The notes under the pieces: model-generated
The model's input: only the letters and a program-made list of their open reading frames with translations
Told to the model about the DNA's origin: nothing
Database searches by the model: none
Part shown: piece by piece, positions 1-10,685 of the stretch
Layout: every line of letters begins with the position of its first letter
How positions within the stretch are numbered: position 1 is the first letter of the stretch
Translations under genes and position numbers: made by a program
From: Atribacterota bacterium
GTDB lineage: Bacteria; Atribacterota; Phoenicimicrobiia; Phoenicimicrobiales; Phoenicimicrobiaceae
Assembly (NCBI GenBank): GCA_035648055.1
Contig: DASRMF010000060.1
Coordinates: 1,195 to 65,194 of the forward strand
Direction: 5' to 3'
DNA: 64,000 bases

Positions 1-75
1 AACACATTTATTAATAAGTATTTTTTTTAAAAATCTATAATTTAATTGTGCAGAAATATCATTTTTTCGTAGAAG

Positions 76-157
76 TTCGATTCATCGAATCCACATTGAA
101 AACAGGTCGGATAAATTCGACCCCTACTTCTACGGGCAGACACAAGGTCTGCCCGTA
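76..157. other. Cluster of three GC-rich hairpins: TTCGAT/ATCGAA (76-89), GGTCG..CGACC (105-122), and a perfect 11 bp stem TACGGGCAGAC/GTCTGCCCGTA with loop acaag (131-157). The last is followed on the + strand by a T-rich tract, catcttttaatattt.
   Basis: Inverted repeats read directly from the sequence. The region is GC-rich in an AT-rich genome. It lies 3' of the Memo gene, and the +-strand T-tract suggests a terminator for a convergent gene left of the window. Confidence 0.4.
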
Positions 158-182
158 CATCTTTTAATATTTACGATATATG

Positions 183-1040
183 TTATTTTCTGATGATTAT
201 AGAGGCATAACCAACTACCTGGTCATACATTCCCGTAATATCTCCAGAAGTAGCGTATTTTAGCAGCTCGGCCTTTTTTGCACCTAATTTTTCGCAGATA
301 TTGAGCATTACAGTAATTGGACCAGGACCACACATACTTAAATTTTGTTGATAAATCATATCGTATAGTCTTTTAGGATCAAAATTAAGGATGGCATTTA
401 TTGCCTGTTTATCCATTTTTTTTGCATATTCTTGCGGCTCGTAATGGGTAAAATCTGAGCTAGCAACTATTAAAACGTCTTTATCGGCTACAGAAGAACA
501 AATAGATTGGGCAATTTCGATATCTGTATTGATATCTTGACGAGTCATGCAAATTGGTAAAAATTTAATGTTTTTTCCAAAAATATACTGGATAAAAGGT
601 AATTGGACTTCTATGGAATGCTCAAATTGATGGGATTTTTTATCATTTTTAATTATTTTAGAGTTTCTTAAAATGCTTTCTGCAATATCAGTATCTATTT
701 TCAATTCCCCTAAAGGTGTTTCCCACTTTCCTTCCGCCATAATAGAAATATCTTCACCAAAGCCACGATGATTGGGGCCTAATATAATGATGGTATCGGG
801 CTTACCATCTAAAGCAATTTTGTAAAATCCGTTAGCTGCAACAGGACCTGAATACATATAACCTGCATGTGGGCTAATTAATCCAATAATATTATTTTTT
901 CTTTCGGGGTTTACCAGAGGAATTTCTCCTGGTCCTATTTTATGCAAAAAACAATTCTCAATCTGTCTATTTAAAGATTTTAAATCACCAGCGTAAAAAC
1001 TACCCGCAACGGCGGGTTTTCTTATTTCCAGTTTTTTCAT
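183..1040 (-). CDS. Memo-like protein (MEMO1 family; AmmeMemoRadiSam system protein B family)
   Basis: 285 aa ORF. It has the N-terminal AGSFYAGD motif and Memo-family conservation along its length (HAGYMYSG, His/Asp ligand pattern). A strong GGAGGG RBS precedes the start. Confidence 0.8.
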   Translation of the reverse strand: MKKLEIRKPAVAGSFYAGDLKSLNRQIENCFLHKIGPGEIPLVNPERKNNIIGLISPHAGYMYSGPVAANGFYKIALDGKPDTIIILGPNHRGFGEDISIMAEGKWETPLGELKIDTDIAESILRNSKIIKNDKKSHQFEHSIEVQLPFIQYIFGKNIKFLPICMTRQDINTDIEIAQSICSSVADKDVLIVASSDFTHYEPQEYAKKMDKQAINAILNFDPKRLYDMIYQQNLSMCGPGPITVMLNICEKLGAKKAELLKYATSGDITGMYDQVVGYASIIIRK

Positions 1041-1090
1041 AAGATCCCCTCCCCTATTTCTCTATATAAAGGACTTTTACTATTTAAATA

Positions 1091-2512
1091 TCAGTACCTA
1101 TTTCTTTTGGAATGTCGGCTATCTTTTGTCTTCTTTCTTATTTTCGGTAACAATATTATAAAAAATATTAATATGATTATTAGTAAAAAAGCTATTCTAA
1201 AATAAGTTGAATAAAATAAATATTTAGAATAAGATAAATAATATCTTTTTTTAGCTGAAGGATAATTGGGATTTAAATCCAAGACTTCCTTAAATTTTTT
1301 GGATGCATCTTTAAAGAACAAATTATTTTCATAATCTACGGCTAAATTAAATTGGGAATCAATAATTTTTAATTCTATTTTCTGATCCTCCGGATGGTCT
1401 TTTTGAAGATAGTTATAAGCTTCGATAGCTTCTTCCCATTGTTTATTTTCATAAAAAGCAGTAGCAATTCCTTCACGAGCATTGATATTCTCAGGATCTA
1501 TAGAAATAACCTGTTCGTATTCCAATATTGCTTTCTCCCAATTCTTTTCTTCGCTATATTTATCGCCTAAATTACTGTGAATAACTATTTGGGATACGCA
1601 AAATTTTACAATTCTATTATTTCCAGCATCGGCAACATAAATATAATCCCTATCATCTATAACAATTCCTTCCGGGTAGTTTAAGCTAATTCTATCCGAT
1701 TCATTACCAAATTCTAATTCGAAATTATTATCTTTATCATATTTTACTACTTTTCCGTTTTTGTAATCAGTGATATATATATTATTTTTTGAATCAAGAG
1801 CAATATATCTTGTGCTATTAAACTGACCGAGCTCGCTTCCGCTCCCACCAAATTTTCTTAAAAATATGCCTTCTTTGCTAAATACTTGTACCTGATCATG
1901 GAAAGTGTCGGCAATATACATATTTCCTTCCTCATCAAAAGCAATTCCTCTTGGGTAATAAAATTCACCGTCTCCCATACCTTCTTTTCCAAATTGTTTG
2001 ATATACTCGAAAGTAGGAGAAAATATTTGTATTCTGCTATTTCCTGTATCTACAATATAAATATTATCATCTTTATCTATGGCAATACCTCTTGGATCAG
2101 AAAATTCACCCGGGCCATTACCTTCTTTCCCGGTCATCTGTAAGGATTTACCTTCCGGTGATATTTTATGGATTCTATTGTTAAATTGTTCTACTATGAT
2201 TATATTTCCCTGACTATCCAGAGCCAAGCCTACCGGTCCATCAAGTTTTAACGCATCCTCCCCTTCTCCTTCCGGAATTACCTTTAGCAATCTTCCATCA
2301 GAGTTGAATTTTTGTATACGATCATTTTCCCAATCACTTATATACAAATTATTATCTCTATCTATGGCAATGCCTGCGGGGTAGTTAAATTCACCAGGTC
2401 TGTTACCATATTCACCAAAAGTTAGAATAGTAAGATAATTAGTCTCCGCTATGGCGTTAACAGACAAAAAAGTTAATAGTATTGTTAAAATAAATATAAA
2501 ATATTTTTTCAT
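1091..2512 (-). CDS. Membrane-anchored NHL-repeat (6-bladed beta-propeller) protein with TPR-like region
   Basis: 473 aa. N-terminal signal peptide, six ~40 aa NHL repeats (YPxGIAxD..NxYxxDxxNxRIQxF), a TPR-like helical segment, a C-terminal hydrophobic helix and a basic tail (KIRKKTKDSRHSKRNRY). Only a 50 bp gap separates it from the Memo gene. Confidence 0.7.
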   Translation of the reverse strand: MKKYFIFILTILLTFLSVNAIAETNYLTILTFGEYGNRPGEFNYPAGIAIDRDNNLYISDWENDRIQKFNSDGRLLKVIPEGEGEDALKLDGPVGLALDSQGNIIIVEQFNNRIHKISPEGKSLQMTGKEGNGPGEFSDPRGIAIDKDDNIYIVDTGNSRIQIFSPTFEYIKQFGKEGMGDGEFYYPRGIAFDEEGNMYIADTFHDQVQVFSKEGIFLRKFGGSGSELGQFNSTRYIALDSKNNIYITDYKNGKVVKYDKDNNFELEFGNESDRISLNYPEGIVIDDRDYIYVADAGNNRIVKFCVSQIVIHSNLGDKYSEEKNWEKAILEYEQVISIDPENINAREGIATAFYENKQWEEAIEAYNYLQKDHPEDQKIELKIIDSQFNLAVDYENNLFFKDASKKFKEVLDLNPNYPSAKKRYYLSYSKYLFYSTYFRIAFLLIIILIFFIILLPKIRKKTKDSRHSKRNRY

Positions 2513-2585
2513 AGTAATACCCCTTTATTTTAGGTAGTTTTTAATAACATCAAACCGAATGATAACATATATGTTATAGAAATTA

Positions 2586-3245
2586 TTATTTATTATTGTC
2601 TATCACTGTTAATTCTTTTATTCTCTGACTTATTATGTTTAATGCTTCTTTTTGATATGTTTTATCTTTTATATTATGTTTATCAAAGTACTGAGGAACA
2701 CCGAAGTAAACGGTTATTTTATTTTTAAATAAAATAGGGAATGTTTTTCCGTGAGGATATATTTTATGCGTACCAATAATTCCTACCGGTATGATTGGTA
2801 CGCCCGCCTTCATAGCAATTTTTACTACTCCTAATTTTAATTCTTGTAATTCGCCGTTTAATGAACGTGTCCCTTCGGGGAATATGCCTAACATTCTTCC
2901 CTCTTCCAAGATACTCATAGTTTTTTTAAAAGCAGGCATATCAATTTTTTTTCTGTCTACGGGGAAGGCATTTAGGTTTTTTAAAAAAATACTGCTAAAA
3001 ATATTATTAAAAACTTCTTTTTTAGCTATAAAATTTATCTTTCTTTTGGTCGCTGCGCCTAAAACGACTGGGTCTAAATAACTTACATGGTTCGAAGCAA
3101 TTATCACACCTCCCCTTTCGGGTACATTCTCAGTTCCAATCACTTCCATTCGCCAAAATATTTTTAGTATTAACCAACAAATAGCCTTTACTACATAATA
3201 GAACATATAGTTTATCCTAACTTTTAAATTCGTCGTTTTGGCCAT
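2586..3245 (-). CDS. plsC: 1-acyl-sn-glycerol-3-phosphate acyltransferase
   Basis: 219 aa. Acyltransferase motifs NHVSYLDP and FPEGTRS. Confidence 0.85.
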   Translation of the reverse strand: MAKTTNLKVRINYMFYYVVKAICWLILKIFWRMEVIGTENVPERGGVIIASNHVSYLDPVVLGAATKRKINFIAKKEVFNNIFSSIFLKNLNAFPVDRKKIDMPAFKKTMSILEEGRMLGIFPEGTRSLNGELQELKLGVVKIAMKAGVPIIPVGIIGTHKIYPHGKTFPILFKNKITVYFGVPQYFDKHNIKDKTYQKEALNIISQRIKELTVIDNNK

Positions 3246-3289
3246 TTAACCAGGTAACCAATTAACAAGTTAACTAATTCTCGTAGGAA

Positions 3290-3366
3290 TGGTGTGCCCG
3301 AGAGGACTTGAACCTCCAATCTACGGCTCCGGAGGCCGCCGCTCTATCCAATTGAGCCACGGGCAC
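3290..3366 (-). tRNA. tRNA-Arg (anticodon CCG), CCA encoded
   Basis: Reverse complement gives GTGCCCG..GCGGC-CTCCGGA-GCCGT..GGAGG-TTCAAGT-CCTCT-CGGGCAC-A-CCA. A full cloverleaf can be drawn: 7 bp acceptor stem, anticodon loop CUCCGGA with anticodon CCG, T-loop TTCAAGT, 5 nt variable loop. Confidence 0.85.
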
Positions 3367-3375
3367 ACATATAAT

Positions 3376-4116
3376 CTATCTACCATAGCTTAACCTATCA
3401 GCTAAACTACTGGGTAAGCCGGCATTAATTATTTTACCTTTGGTTAGATGAATCGGGTAGGAAACACGATAAATATTAACAATTCCACATTTCGGGTCAT
3501 AAATACCATAGCTTGCCTTTGGATTACCGTCACGAGGTTGACCAACGCTCCCACAATTAATAATATACCTTTTATTCTTGCTAATTTCAATACATCCACC
3601 ATTGATATAATCTATATAATTTATTTGATTATTATTTTCATCAAGAGAAAAACATCCTGCTAAATGGGAGTGGCCTACAAAACATATTTTAAAATTAAAT
3701 TTACTGAAGATTAAGCTTGCGGTATTTTTATCTAAAATGTATTCTAATATTGGGTCTTGAGGACTGCCATGAACCAAAAAGACTCTATCTTTAAGTTCAA
3801 TCTTTTTGCTCAGGCTTAATAAAAAATTAATGTTCTCATTTTTTAATTGGCGAGAAGTCCATAATATTGCAGCTCTCGCAGCAAAATTAAAATAATTTAT
3901 ATCTACTTTTCCCACAACTGCAAAATCGTGATTTCCGCCAACACATTTACAGTTTAAATCTTTTACCTTTTCAATGCAATAATTGGGATCAGCACCATAA
4001 CCGACAATATCTCCCAAACAAATAAATTCATCAACCCTTTTAATGTTTTTTAAAACACTATTTATTGCTTCAGAATTACTATGAATATCAGAAAGTATTC
4101 CAATCTTCATTATCAT
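3376..4116 (-). CDS. Metallophosphoesterase (calcineurin-like phosphoesterase family)
   Basis: 246 aa. Motifs DIHSN, GDIVGYG, GNHD and GHSH are typical of the MPP superfamily. RBS AAGGA. Confidence 0.8.
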   Translation of the reverse strand: MIMKIGILSDIHSNSEAINSVLKNIKRVDEFICLGDIVGYGADPNYCIEKVKDLNCKCVGGNHDFAVVGKVDINYFNFAARAAILWTSRQLKNENINFLLSLSKKIELKDRVFLVHGSPQDPILEYILDKNTASLIFSKFNFKICFVGHSHLAGCFSLDENNNQINYIDYINGGCIEISKNKRYIINCGSVGQPRDGNPKASYGIYDPKCGIVNIYRVSYPIHLTKGKIINAGLPSSLADRLSYGR

Positions 4117-4172
4117 CCTTTTAAAATAAATTTATAGATTTATTAGAGCATCTTTTTAATAAAATTATAATG

Positions 4173-4225
4173 ACCCGGGATTGCTTCCCCTGCTTTCGCT
4201 GGGGCAGGCTTGCTTCGCAATGACT
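4173..4225. other. GC-rich structured island (gcttcCCCCtgctttcgctGGGGcaggc hairpin plus flanking ttgcttc repeats) between the ATPase operon terminator and the phosphoesterase gene
   Basis: A local GC spike in a ~30% GC genome. The CCCC/GGGG and GCTT/AGGC stems can be read from the sequence. Confidence 0.35.
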
Positions 4226-4240
4226 AAAAAAATTGATATA

Positions 4241-4280
4241 AATAAAAAAACGGTGTATTTATAATGTACGCCGTTTTTTA
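4241..4280 (-). terminator. Rho-independent terminator of the V-type ATPase operon, bidirectional in form (A-run, hairpin, T-run)
   Basis: 7 bp stem CGGTGTA/TACGCCG with one G-U wobble and a 9 nt loop, sitting immediately after the atpD stop codon. It is flanked by A7 on one side and T6 on the other. Confidence 0.6.
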
Positions 4281-4895
4281 TGCTCTTATAATCTCCTTAA
4301 TTCTCATAATTGCCGAAGTACTTGATCTGGCCATTTCGTCTAATTTCATAGTAATAAATTTTATTGTTTCTTCCAAATCTGGAATTATTACATATTCTAA
4401 TGCATTAACCCTTCGCCTGGTTTTTTCAATCTCATTAGCCAAAAGAGTTATGGATTTGTCTAATTCGGCTACTCTTAACATTAAAGGCAATATTTCATGA
4501 TATTTTTTTAAAGCACTGTCCAACTCGGCAGTGGTATCAACCAGCCCATAAGAATAATATCTTCCCTCACATTTAAGTTTGTATTGGGGAACATTTACAC
4601 TCATTACATTCTTAAAGGAGACTTCCGCTCTACCTTTTGCATTAGTAAGCATTAGGGTTTCCTCTAAAGCCAACTTGCTCATTAAAGAAGAGGTGTTAGA
4701 AAAAATAGCATAACATTTCAGAAGCTTTTCTTCTAATTCCTCCCTGAGCATGTTACTTTCTTTTGCTAAACGAACAAATACTTGAATTAATGCATCTCTC
4801 TTATCTTTTAGTAGTTTATACCCTCTCTTGGCGACAAGAAGTCTCTTTTTTAATCTTATTAACTCCATTCGATTTGGATTAACCTTTAACAGCAT
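4278..4895 (-). CDS. atpD: V-type ATP synthase subunit D
   Basis: 205 aa. N-terminus [19 protein letters not shown]...[14 protein letters not shown] is typical of subunit D. Confidence 0.9.
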   Translation of the reverse strand: MLLKVNPNRMELIRLKKRLLVAKRGYKLLKDKRDALIQVFVRLAKESNMLREELEEKLLKCYAIFSNTSSLMSKLALEETLMLTNAKGRAEVSFKNVMSVNVPQYKLKCEGRYYSYGLVDTTAELDSALKKYHEILPLMLRVAELDKSITLLANEIEKTRRRVNALEYVIIPDLEETIKFITMKLDEMARSSTSAIMRIKEIIRA

Positions 4896-6291
4896 TGATA
4901 TTTTTATCCTCCGTGGTTATATCCGTTGGTAAATATTTTTCTATAAATTCATCTTTTATTCTTTTTAGTTCTTCTTTCGGAATAATTGTTAATAGTTTCC
5001 ATCCAATAGTTAAACTCTCTTCGATAGTTCTATTTTCATCTTCTCCCTGTTTAACAAATAATTCCTCAAAATTATCCGAAAGTTTAACGTATTTTTTATC
5101 TATCTCTGTCAAGGCAGCATCTCCTAGAATTACTGCTAATTCTTTAGCTTCCTTACCTCTTGCATAGGAAGCAAAAAGTTGATTCATAACATTTGCATGG
5201 TCTTCGCGTGTCTTATTTAACCCAATTCCTTTATCCTTCAAACGGGATAAAGAAGGTAATACGTTAATAGGAGGATAAATCCCTTTATGGTGTAATTCTC
5301 TTGATAAAATAATCTGCCCTTCTGTAATATAACCGGTTAAATCTGGTATGGGATGAGTTTTATCATCTTCAGGCATGGTTAATATCGGTATCATAGTTAT
5401 TGAGCCTTTTTTATCTTTTATTCTTCCAGCTCTCTCGTATAGAGTAGCTAAATCTGTGTATAAATAACCGGGATAACCACGTCTGCCGGGAACTTCTTTT
5501 CGAGCAGCAGAAACTTCTCTTAAAGCTTCACAATAATTAGTCATATCAGTAAGTATTACCAATACATGCATATCTTTTTCAAATGCCAAATACTCTGCGC
5601 AGGTTAGAGCCATTCGAGGAGTTATAATTCTTTCTACTGCCGGATTATTTGCTAAATTAATAAACATAACACTTTTTTCTATCGCTCCGGTTCTTCTGAA
5701 ATCACTTATAAAAAAATTTGCTTCTTCAAAAGTAATTCCCATAGCGGCAAATACAACGGCAAATTTCTCCTCTTTTCCTAATACTTTTGCCTGTCGTGCG
5801 ATTTGGGAAGCAAGTCTTGCATGGGGTAATCCTGAACCGGAAAAGATGGGCAGCTTTTGTCCCCTGACCAAAGTATTTAACACATCAATGGATGAAATAC
5901 CGGTTTGTATAAAATCGTTAGGATAATCTCGAGCATAAGGATTAAGTGGATTTCCATTTATATCTAATTTTTTTTCTGCAATAATTTGAGGACCATCGTC
6001 TATAGGTCTTCCTGAACCATCAAATATTCTTCCCAACACATCCATAGAGAGAGGTAACTCTATTACCTTTCCTAAAAAACGAACCTTAGTATTTGAAATA
6101 TCAATTCCTGTTGTCCCCTCAAATACCTGGACAACTGCCTTGTCTTCAGTTATTTCAAGCACTTGCCCTCTTCTTATTTCTCCGGAAGATAGTTCTATTT
6201 CAACTAATTCCTGATATTTTACATCAATTGTTTTTTCTACTATTATTAAGGGCCCGGCTACTTCTGATAGAGTTAAATATTCTTTAATCAT
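4879..6291 (-). CDS. atpB: V-type ATP synthase subunit B
   Basis: 470 aa, non-catalytic B-subunit homology throughout. Overlaps atpD. Confidence 0.92.
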   Translation of the reverse strand: MIKEYLTLSEVAGPLIIVEKTIDVKYQELVEIELSSGEIRRGQVLEITEDKAVVQVFEGTTGIDISNTKVRFLGKVIELPLSMDVLGRIFDGSGRPIDDGPQIIAEKKLDINGNPLNPYARDYPNDFIQTGISSIDVLNTLVRGQKLPIFSGSGLPHARLASQIARQAKVLGKEEKFAVVFAAMGITFEEANFFISDFRRTGAIEKSVMFINLANNPAVERIITPRMALTCAEYLAFEKDMHVLVILTDMTNYCEALREVSAARKEVPGRRGYPGYLYTDLATLYERAGRIKDKKGSITMIPILTMPEDDKTHPIPDLTGYITEGQIILSRELHHKGIYPPINVLPSLSRLKDKGIGLNKTREDHANVMNQLFASYARGKEAKELAVILGDAALTEIDKKYVKLSDNFEELFVKQGEDENRTIEESLTIGWKLLTIIPKEELKRIKDEFIEKYLPTDITTEDKNINAVKG

Positions 6292-6315
6292 TTTTGCTAT
6301 ATTATCTCCTTCCCT

Positions 6316-8070
6316 TTAATCGGTTGTTGAACTAATTTGGGATACTATTTCTTTTTCAATTTCACCAAATACTTTTAGGTTCTTTTCTTCTATAAGTTTA
6401 GCTCTAATTATTTTTGCTTTGACTGGTAAAGCATATAATTTTTCAATAGTCACACCATTTTTAATTACTTTTTCAGCATTTTCGTGAAACATTAGAATTA
6501 ATCTTAAAATAAGAAATTGCTTTTTTATAGAACTATAGGAATCAGTTATGTCAAAGGCATTTTGAAGCAGGAAATCCTCTCTGATAGATCTTGCTGTTTC
6601 TAATATTAGCTTCTCCTGAGTTGATAAGGCATCAATACCTACCAATCTTACAATCTCCTCTAATTCTGCTTCCTCCTGAAGTAATGCCATGGCTTTATCA
6701 CGGATTTCTATATATTCTTCACCGATCTCTTTTTTGTAATATTCAGACAGCCCTGACAGGTAAAGGGAATAACTGGTTAACCAATCTATTGCGGGAAAAT
6801 GCCTTTTATAAGCTAACTTGTCTTGTAAACTCCAGAAAACTTGAACGGTACGTAAAGTGTTTTGGGTAACCGGTTCGGATAAATCTCCTCCCGGGGGAGA
6901 TACCGCACCGACAATACTTAAGGTTGCTTCTCTATCATCACTACCCAGACATTTTACCCTTCCGGCTCTTTCGTAAAAATTTGCAATTCGGGTACCCAAA
7001 TAAGCAGGAAATCCTTCTTCTCCCGGCATTTCTTCTAACCGTCCTGAGATCTCACGCATTGCTTCTGCCCAACGAGAAGTTGAATCAGCAATAAGCGCAA
7101 CATTATATCCCATATCTCGATAATATTCCGCAATGGTTATACCGGTATATACAGAGGCCTCACGGGCGGCTACCGGCATATTTGAAGTATTGGCAATCAA
7201 AATAGTTCTTTCCATTAATGGTTTTCCGGAATTAGGATCGATTAATTCCGGAAATTCAAGCAAAACATCGGTCATTTCATTACCTCTTTCGCCACATCCG
7301 ATAAAGAGAATAATTTCTGCATCGCACCATTTGGATATCTGATGTTGTACTACGGTCTTTCCACTACCGAAAGGACCCGGTATGCAGGCAGTTCCCCCTT
7401 TAGTTATGGGAAAAAACATATCAATTACCCTTTGTCCGGTAATTAACGGTTCAATAGGAGGCAATTTTTTCTTGTAGGACCTTGATCTCCTTACCGGCCA
7501 TTTTTGCAACATTTTAATCTCGTGAATAGAACCTTCCCGGTCTTCTATTAGAGCAATAGTATCTGTAACCGTAAATTTATCTTTATATATTTCTTTAATT
7601 TCACCTTGAATTCCGTAAGGAACCATAATTTTATGTTTAACAATACTACTTTCCTGGACAGTGCCTATAATATCGCCGGATATTACTTTATCTCCCTTTT
7701 TTAAAATTGGCTCAAAATCCCATTTCTTTTTTCTATCAATAGCATCCGCTTCTGCTCCTCTAGTAATAAATTCTCCGCTGCTTGCTTTTAATACATCCAG
7801 AGGTCTTTGAATACCATCATAAATGGATGAGATAAGACCGGGGCCTAATTCCACGCTTAGTGGCATATCAGTAGAAAAAACAGGTTCTCCGGGGCCAACT
7901 CCTGAAGTTTCCTCGTAAACCTGTATAGTTGCTAAATCTTTATTTAGTTCAATTATTTCACCAATCAACTTGCGATTGCTGACTTTTACTACATCGTACA
8001 TTTTGGCATTTTTTAATCCTTTAGCTACTACTACCGGTCCGGCAACTTTAGTTATTTTCGCTGTTTCCAT
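6316..8070 (-). CDS. atpA: V-type ATP synthase catalytic subunit A
   Basis: 584 aa. Walker A motif GPFGSGKT. Confidence 0.93.
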   Translation of the reverse strand: METAKITKVAGPVVVAKGLKNAKMYDVVKVSNRKLIGEIIELNKDLATIQVYEETSGVGPGEPVFSTDMPLSVELGPGLISSIYDGIQRPLDVLKASSGEFITRGAEADAIDRKKKWDFEPILKKGDKVISGDIIGTVQESSIVKHKIMVPYGIQGEIKEIYKDKFTVTDTIALIEDREGSIHEIKMLQKWPVRRSRSYKKKLPPIEPLITGQRVIDMFFPITKGGTACIPGPFGSGKTVVQHQISKWCDAEIILFIGCGERGNEMTDVLLEFPELIDPNSGKPLMERTILIANTSNMPVAAREASVYTGITIAEYYRDMGYNVALIADSTSRWAEAMREISGRLEEMPGEEGFPAYLGTRIANFYERAGRVKCLGSDDREATLSIVGAVSPPGGDLSEPVTQNTLRTVQVFWSLQDKLAYKRHFPAIDWLTSYSLYLSGLSEYYKKEIGEEYIEIRDKAMALLQEEAELEEIVRLVGIDALSTQEKLILETARSIREDFLLQNAFDITDSYSSIKKQFLILRLILMFHENAEKVIKNGVTIEKLYALPVKAKIIRAKLIEEKNLKVFGEIEKEIVSQISSTTD

Positions 8071-8405
8071 TATTCTACCTCTTTTCTAAATAATATATCT
8101 GTTCCTATAGCTTTTTCAATATTATTTCTTAATATCTTTAATCCCAAATATTTCTTTTCCGATTTACTTGGTATTATGGTTATACTTGTAAAAGATGTTT
8201 TTTGTAATATTTCTATTTCTTCAATTATTTGACAGCCTATTTCTTCGGTTATAAATATCACCGCATATTCTTCTTTTACTAATTTATTTAATATTTCTAA
8301 AGATTCTTCCTTTTTCTTTACGGGAAATATAGAAACACCCAGCAATTTAAAACCTATTATCGTTTCTCTATTTCCCATTAAAGCAATTTTATACATAAGT
8401 ATCAC
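8070..8405 (-). CDS. atpF: V-type ATP synthase subunit F
   Basis: 111 aa. 1 nt overlap with atpA. Matches the F-subunit family. Confidence 0.8.
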   Translation of the reverse strand: MILMYKIALMGNRETIIGFKLLGVSIFPVKKKEESLEILNKLVKEEYAVIFITEEIGCQIIEEIEILQKTSFTSITIIPSKSEKKYLGLKILRNNIEKAIGTDILFRKEVE

Positions 8406-9444
8406 GTACTCTTTCTTTGATTTGATCAGGAGATAATTTATTTAACTTGCCCGATAATATTATTCTAATATTTTTTATGTCGTTCTCTTTGGCGGTAATG
8501 AATCCTACTAACGGTTCAATCCCAAAGGTAACGTATTTTCCTATCTTTGAAAAATTTAGGATAAAATTATCTCTTAATTTTTCCAATTCCATTAAGGAAT
8601 TATTCTTTTGAAAATAATTTATGCCCAGTTCTATTGTATCTTTATAATCGGTATATACAAGTTTTTCACACCAGGAAGATAAAGGAGAATCGTATATTTC
8701 TATTAAGTTTTCCGTTTTAAAATCACCTTCGGGAATTAAGAACTCTTTGGTAAAAGCTTTTTTCTCCCCTCTTATCTTTGCCCTGACGCAATTAATTATA
8801 TTATTAAGATCTATATTTATTTTAATAAATCTTTTTAAAAAAGGTTCTTCTGCTTCAATTATTTCTACTTCTCTAATTTTATTGAATATCATTATGTATC
8901 TTTCTTTATCTAAAACAAAATCTATTATCTCCGGGTCTTTATATTTACTATACTCGGAAAATGTTTTTTTAATTAGAAACTCAAAAGAATCGGGAATATC
9001 TTCATATTTTTCGTCTTTAATCGCTGAATTGAGTTTTTCTACATCTATAGTACTAATTGGTGAAATCAATTCATTAGAAAATTCTTTTTTTAGATATTTC
9101 GATTTTATAAGTACCTTGATATTATGAAAATCATACTTGGAAGCAAAGGTAAAATAAAGAAAATTAAAAGTAGAAACTAAAGAGATGCTTTTTATTATAT
9201 CATAAGTATGTAATAATTCTTGATTTAATGAAATCTCAAAATTTGAAGGATTATTAAGATCAAAAGAATAATCATTTAAATCACTTTCCGTCAATATTTT
9301 TATAGCAGAAGTGATATCACTTGATTTTATTATTCTATCTAATATTTCATTATTTAATAATTCTTTTTCTAATTTCTTTATTCTTCCATTAGCAAAAGCA
9401 TATTCTTCTTGATTATTAGTATCTGCGGTAAAGTGTTTAAACAT
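8389..9444 (-). CDS. atpC: V-type ATP synthase subunit C (d)
   Basis: 351 aa. Position in the operon and subunit C-like sequence. Confidence 0.8.
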   Translation of the reverse strand: MFKHFTADTNNQEEYAFANGRIKKLEKELLNNEILDRIIKSSDITSAIKILTESDLNDYSFDLNNPSNFEISLNQELLHTYDIIKSISLVSTFNFLYFTFASKYDFHNIKVLIKSKYLKKEFSNELISPISTIDVEKLNSAIKDEKYEDIPDSFEFLIKKTFSEYSKYKDPEIIDFVLDKERYIMIFNKIREVEIIEAEEPFLKRFIKINIDLNNIINCVRAKIRGEKKAFTKEFLIPEGDFKTENLIEIYDSPLSSWCEKLVYTDYKDTIELGINYFQKNNSLMELEKLRDNFILNFSKIGKYVTFGIEPLVGFITAKENDIKNIRIILSGKLNKLSPDQIKERVRDTYV

Positions 9445-9497
9445 TAATAACCTTTCCCCATTAAAATCGGATAATAAATATTATTATCGTGAACAGA

Positions 9498-10094
9498 TTA
9501 ATTAAATAATATTTTGCTTACCTGCGTTTCTGATTCTTCTCTAACGTTTTTTAATAGTAATTCCAATGAAACATTTTTTCTTATCGCGCCAGACCCAATA
9601 ATTATTCCACCTTTTATCGTAAGGTAAGAATTAGATAATTTTAATTCACCCTTTTTGCCCTTGGCTTCTACTTCTTTGTTTATATCTTCGATAAAATCTT
9701 TAGATATTCTATTTTTATCTGAAGCCCCAATAAAGATAGTTTCATCGCCTTTTTCAATATTATCTAATATCAATTTTTTTATAAAGTTTTGGTATTCTTT
9801 ATTGCTTAATTTTAAAATGCTTTCCAGGGCATTACCAAAAACATCTTTCATAATTTTTTGCTTTTCTGATAGGATAGTTTTCTTTACTCCTAAATTCGCC
9901 TCAGTTAATATTTTGCTCTTTTTTAAAGAAGCTTCTTGGTTGATCTTGTATAATATGGTCTTTTTTATATTATCTGCTTCTTTTCTACCTTTATTTTTAA
10001 TATTATTTGCGTTATCTTCCGCCTTAGCAATAATTTTATCTGCTTGAATTTTTGCATCAGATATAATTTTTTCGCTTATATCTTTAATAGTCAT
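9498..10094 (-). CDS. atpE: V-type ATP synthase subunit E
   Basis: 198 aa, charged coiled-coil N-terminus. Operon position. Confidence 0.8.
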   Translation of the reverse strand: MTIKDISEKIISDAKIQADKIIAKAEDNANNIKNKGRKEADNIKKTILYKINQEASLKKSKILTEANLGVKKTILSEKQKIMKDVFGNALESILKLSNKEYQNFIKKLILDNIEKGDETIFIGASDKNRISKDFIEDINKEVEAKGKKGELKLSNSYLTIKGGIIIGSGAIRKNVSLELLLKNVREESETQVSKILFN

Positions 10095-10109
10095 ATAATT
10101 GTCGTCCTT

Positions 10110-10595
<486 letters not shown>

Positions 10596-10650
10596 CTATT
10601 TCTAATTAATGATAAAGTTTAACTAATACTCCTAAGTCTTATCTTCCTTA

Positions 10651-10673
10651 CGCGATACGCGATACGCGATACG
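10651..10673. repeat. Tandem heptamer repeat (CGCGATA)x3 inside the element TCTTACGC(GATACGC)nGAATT
   Basis: Read from the sequence. Homologous copies occur at 55668-55688 and 60957-60978, and a decayed copy near 51634-51660. Confidence 0.8.
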
Positions 10674-10685
10674 AATTACTGTTTC

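Noticed and set aside
183-3366. Genomic island integrated at tRNA-Arg
   Set aside because: No integrase, direct repeat of the tRNA 3' end, or mobile genes are present. The first flanking gene is plsC.
4173-4225. Possible second tRNA in the GC-rich island
   Set aside because: No acceptor/T-arm cloverleaf can be drawn and no GTTCRANYC T-loop is present.
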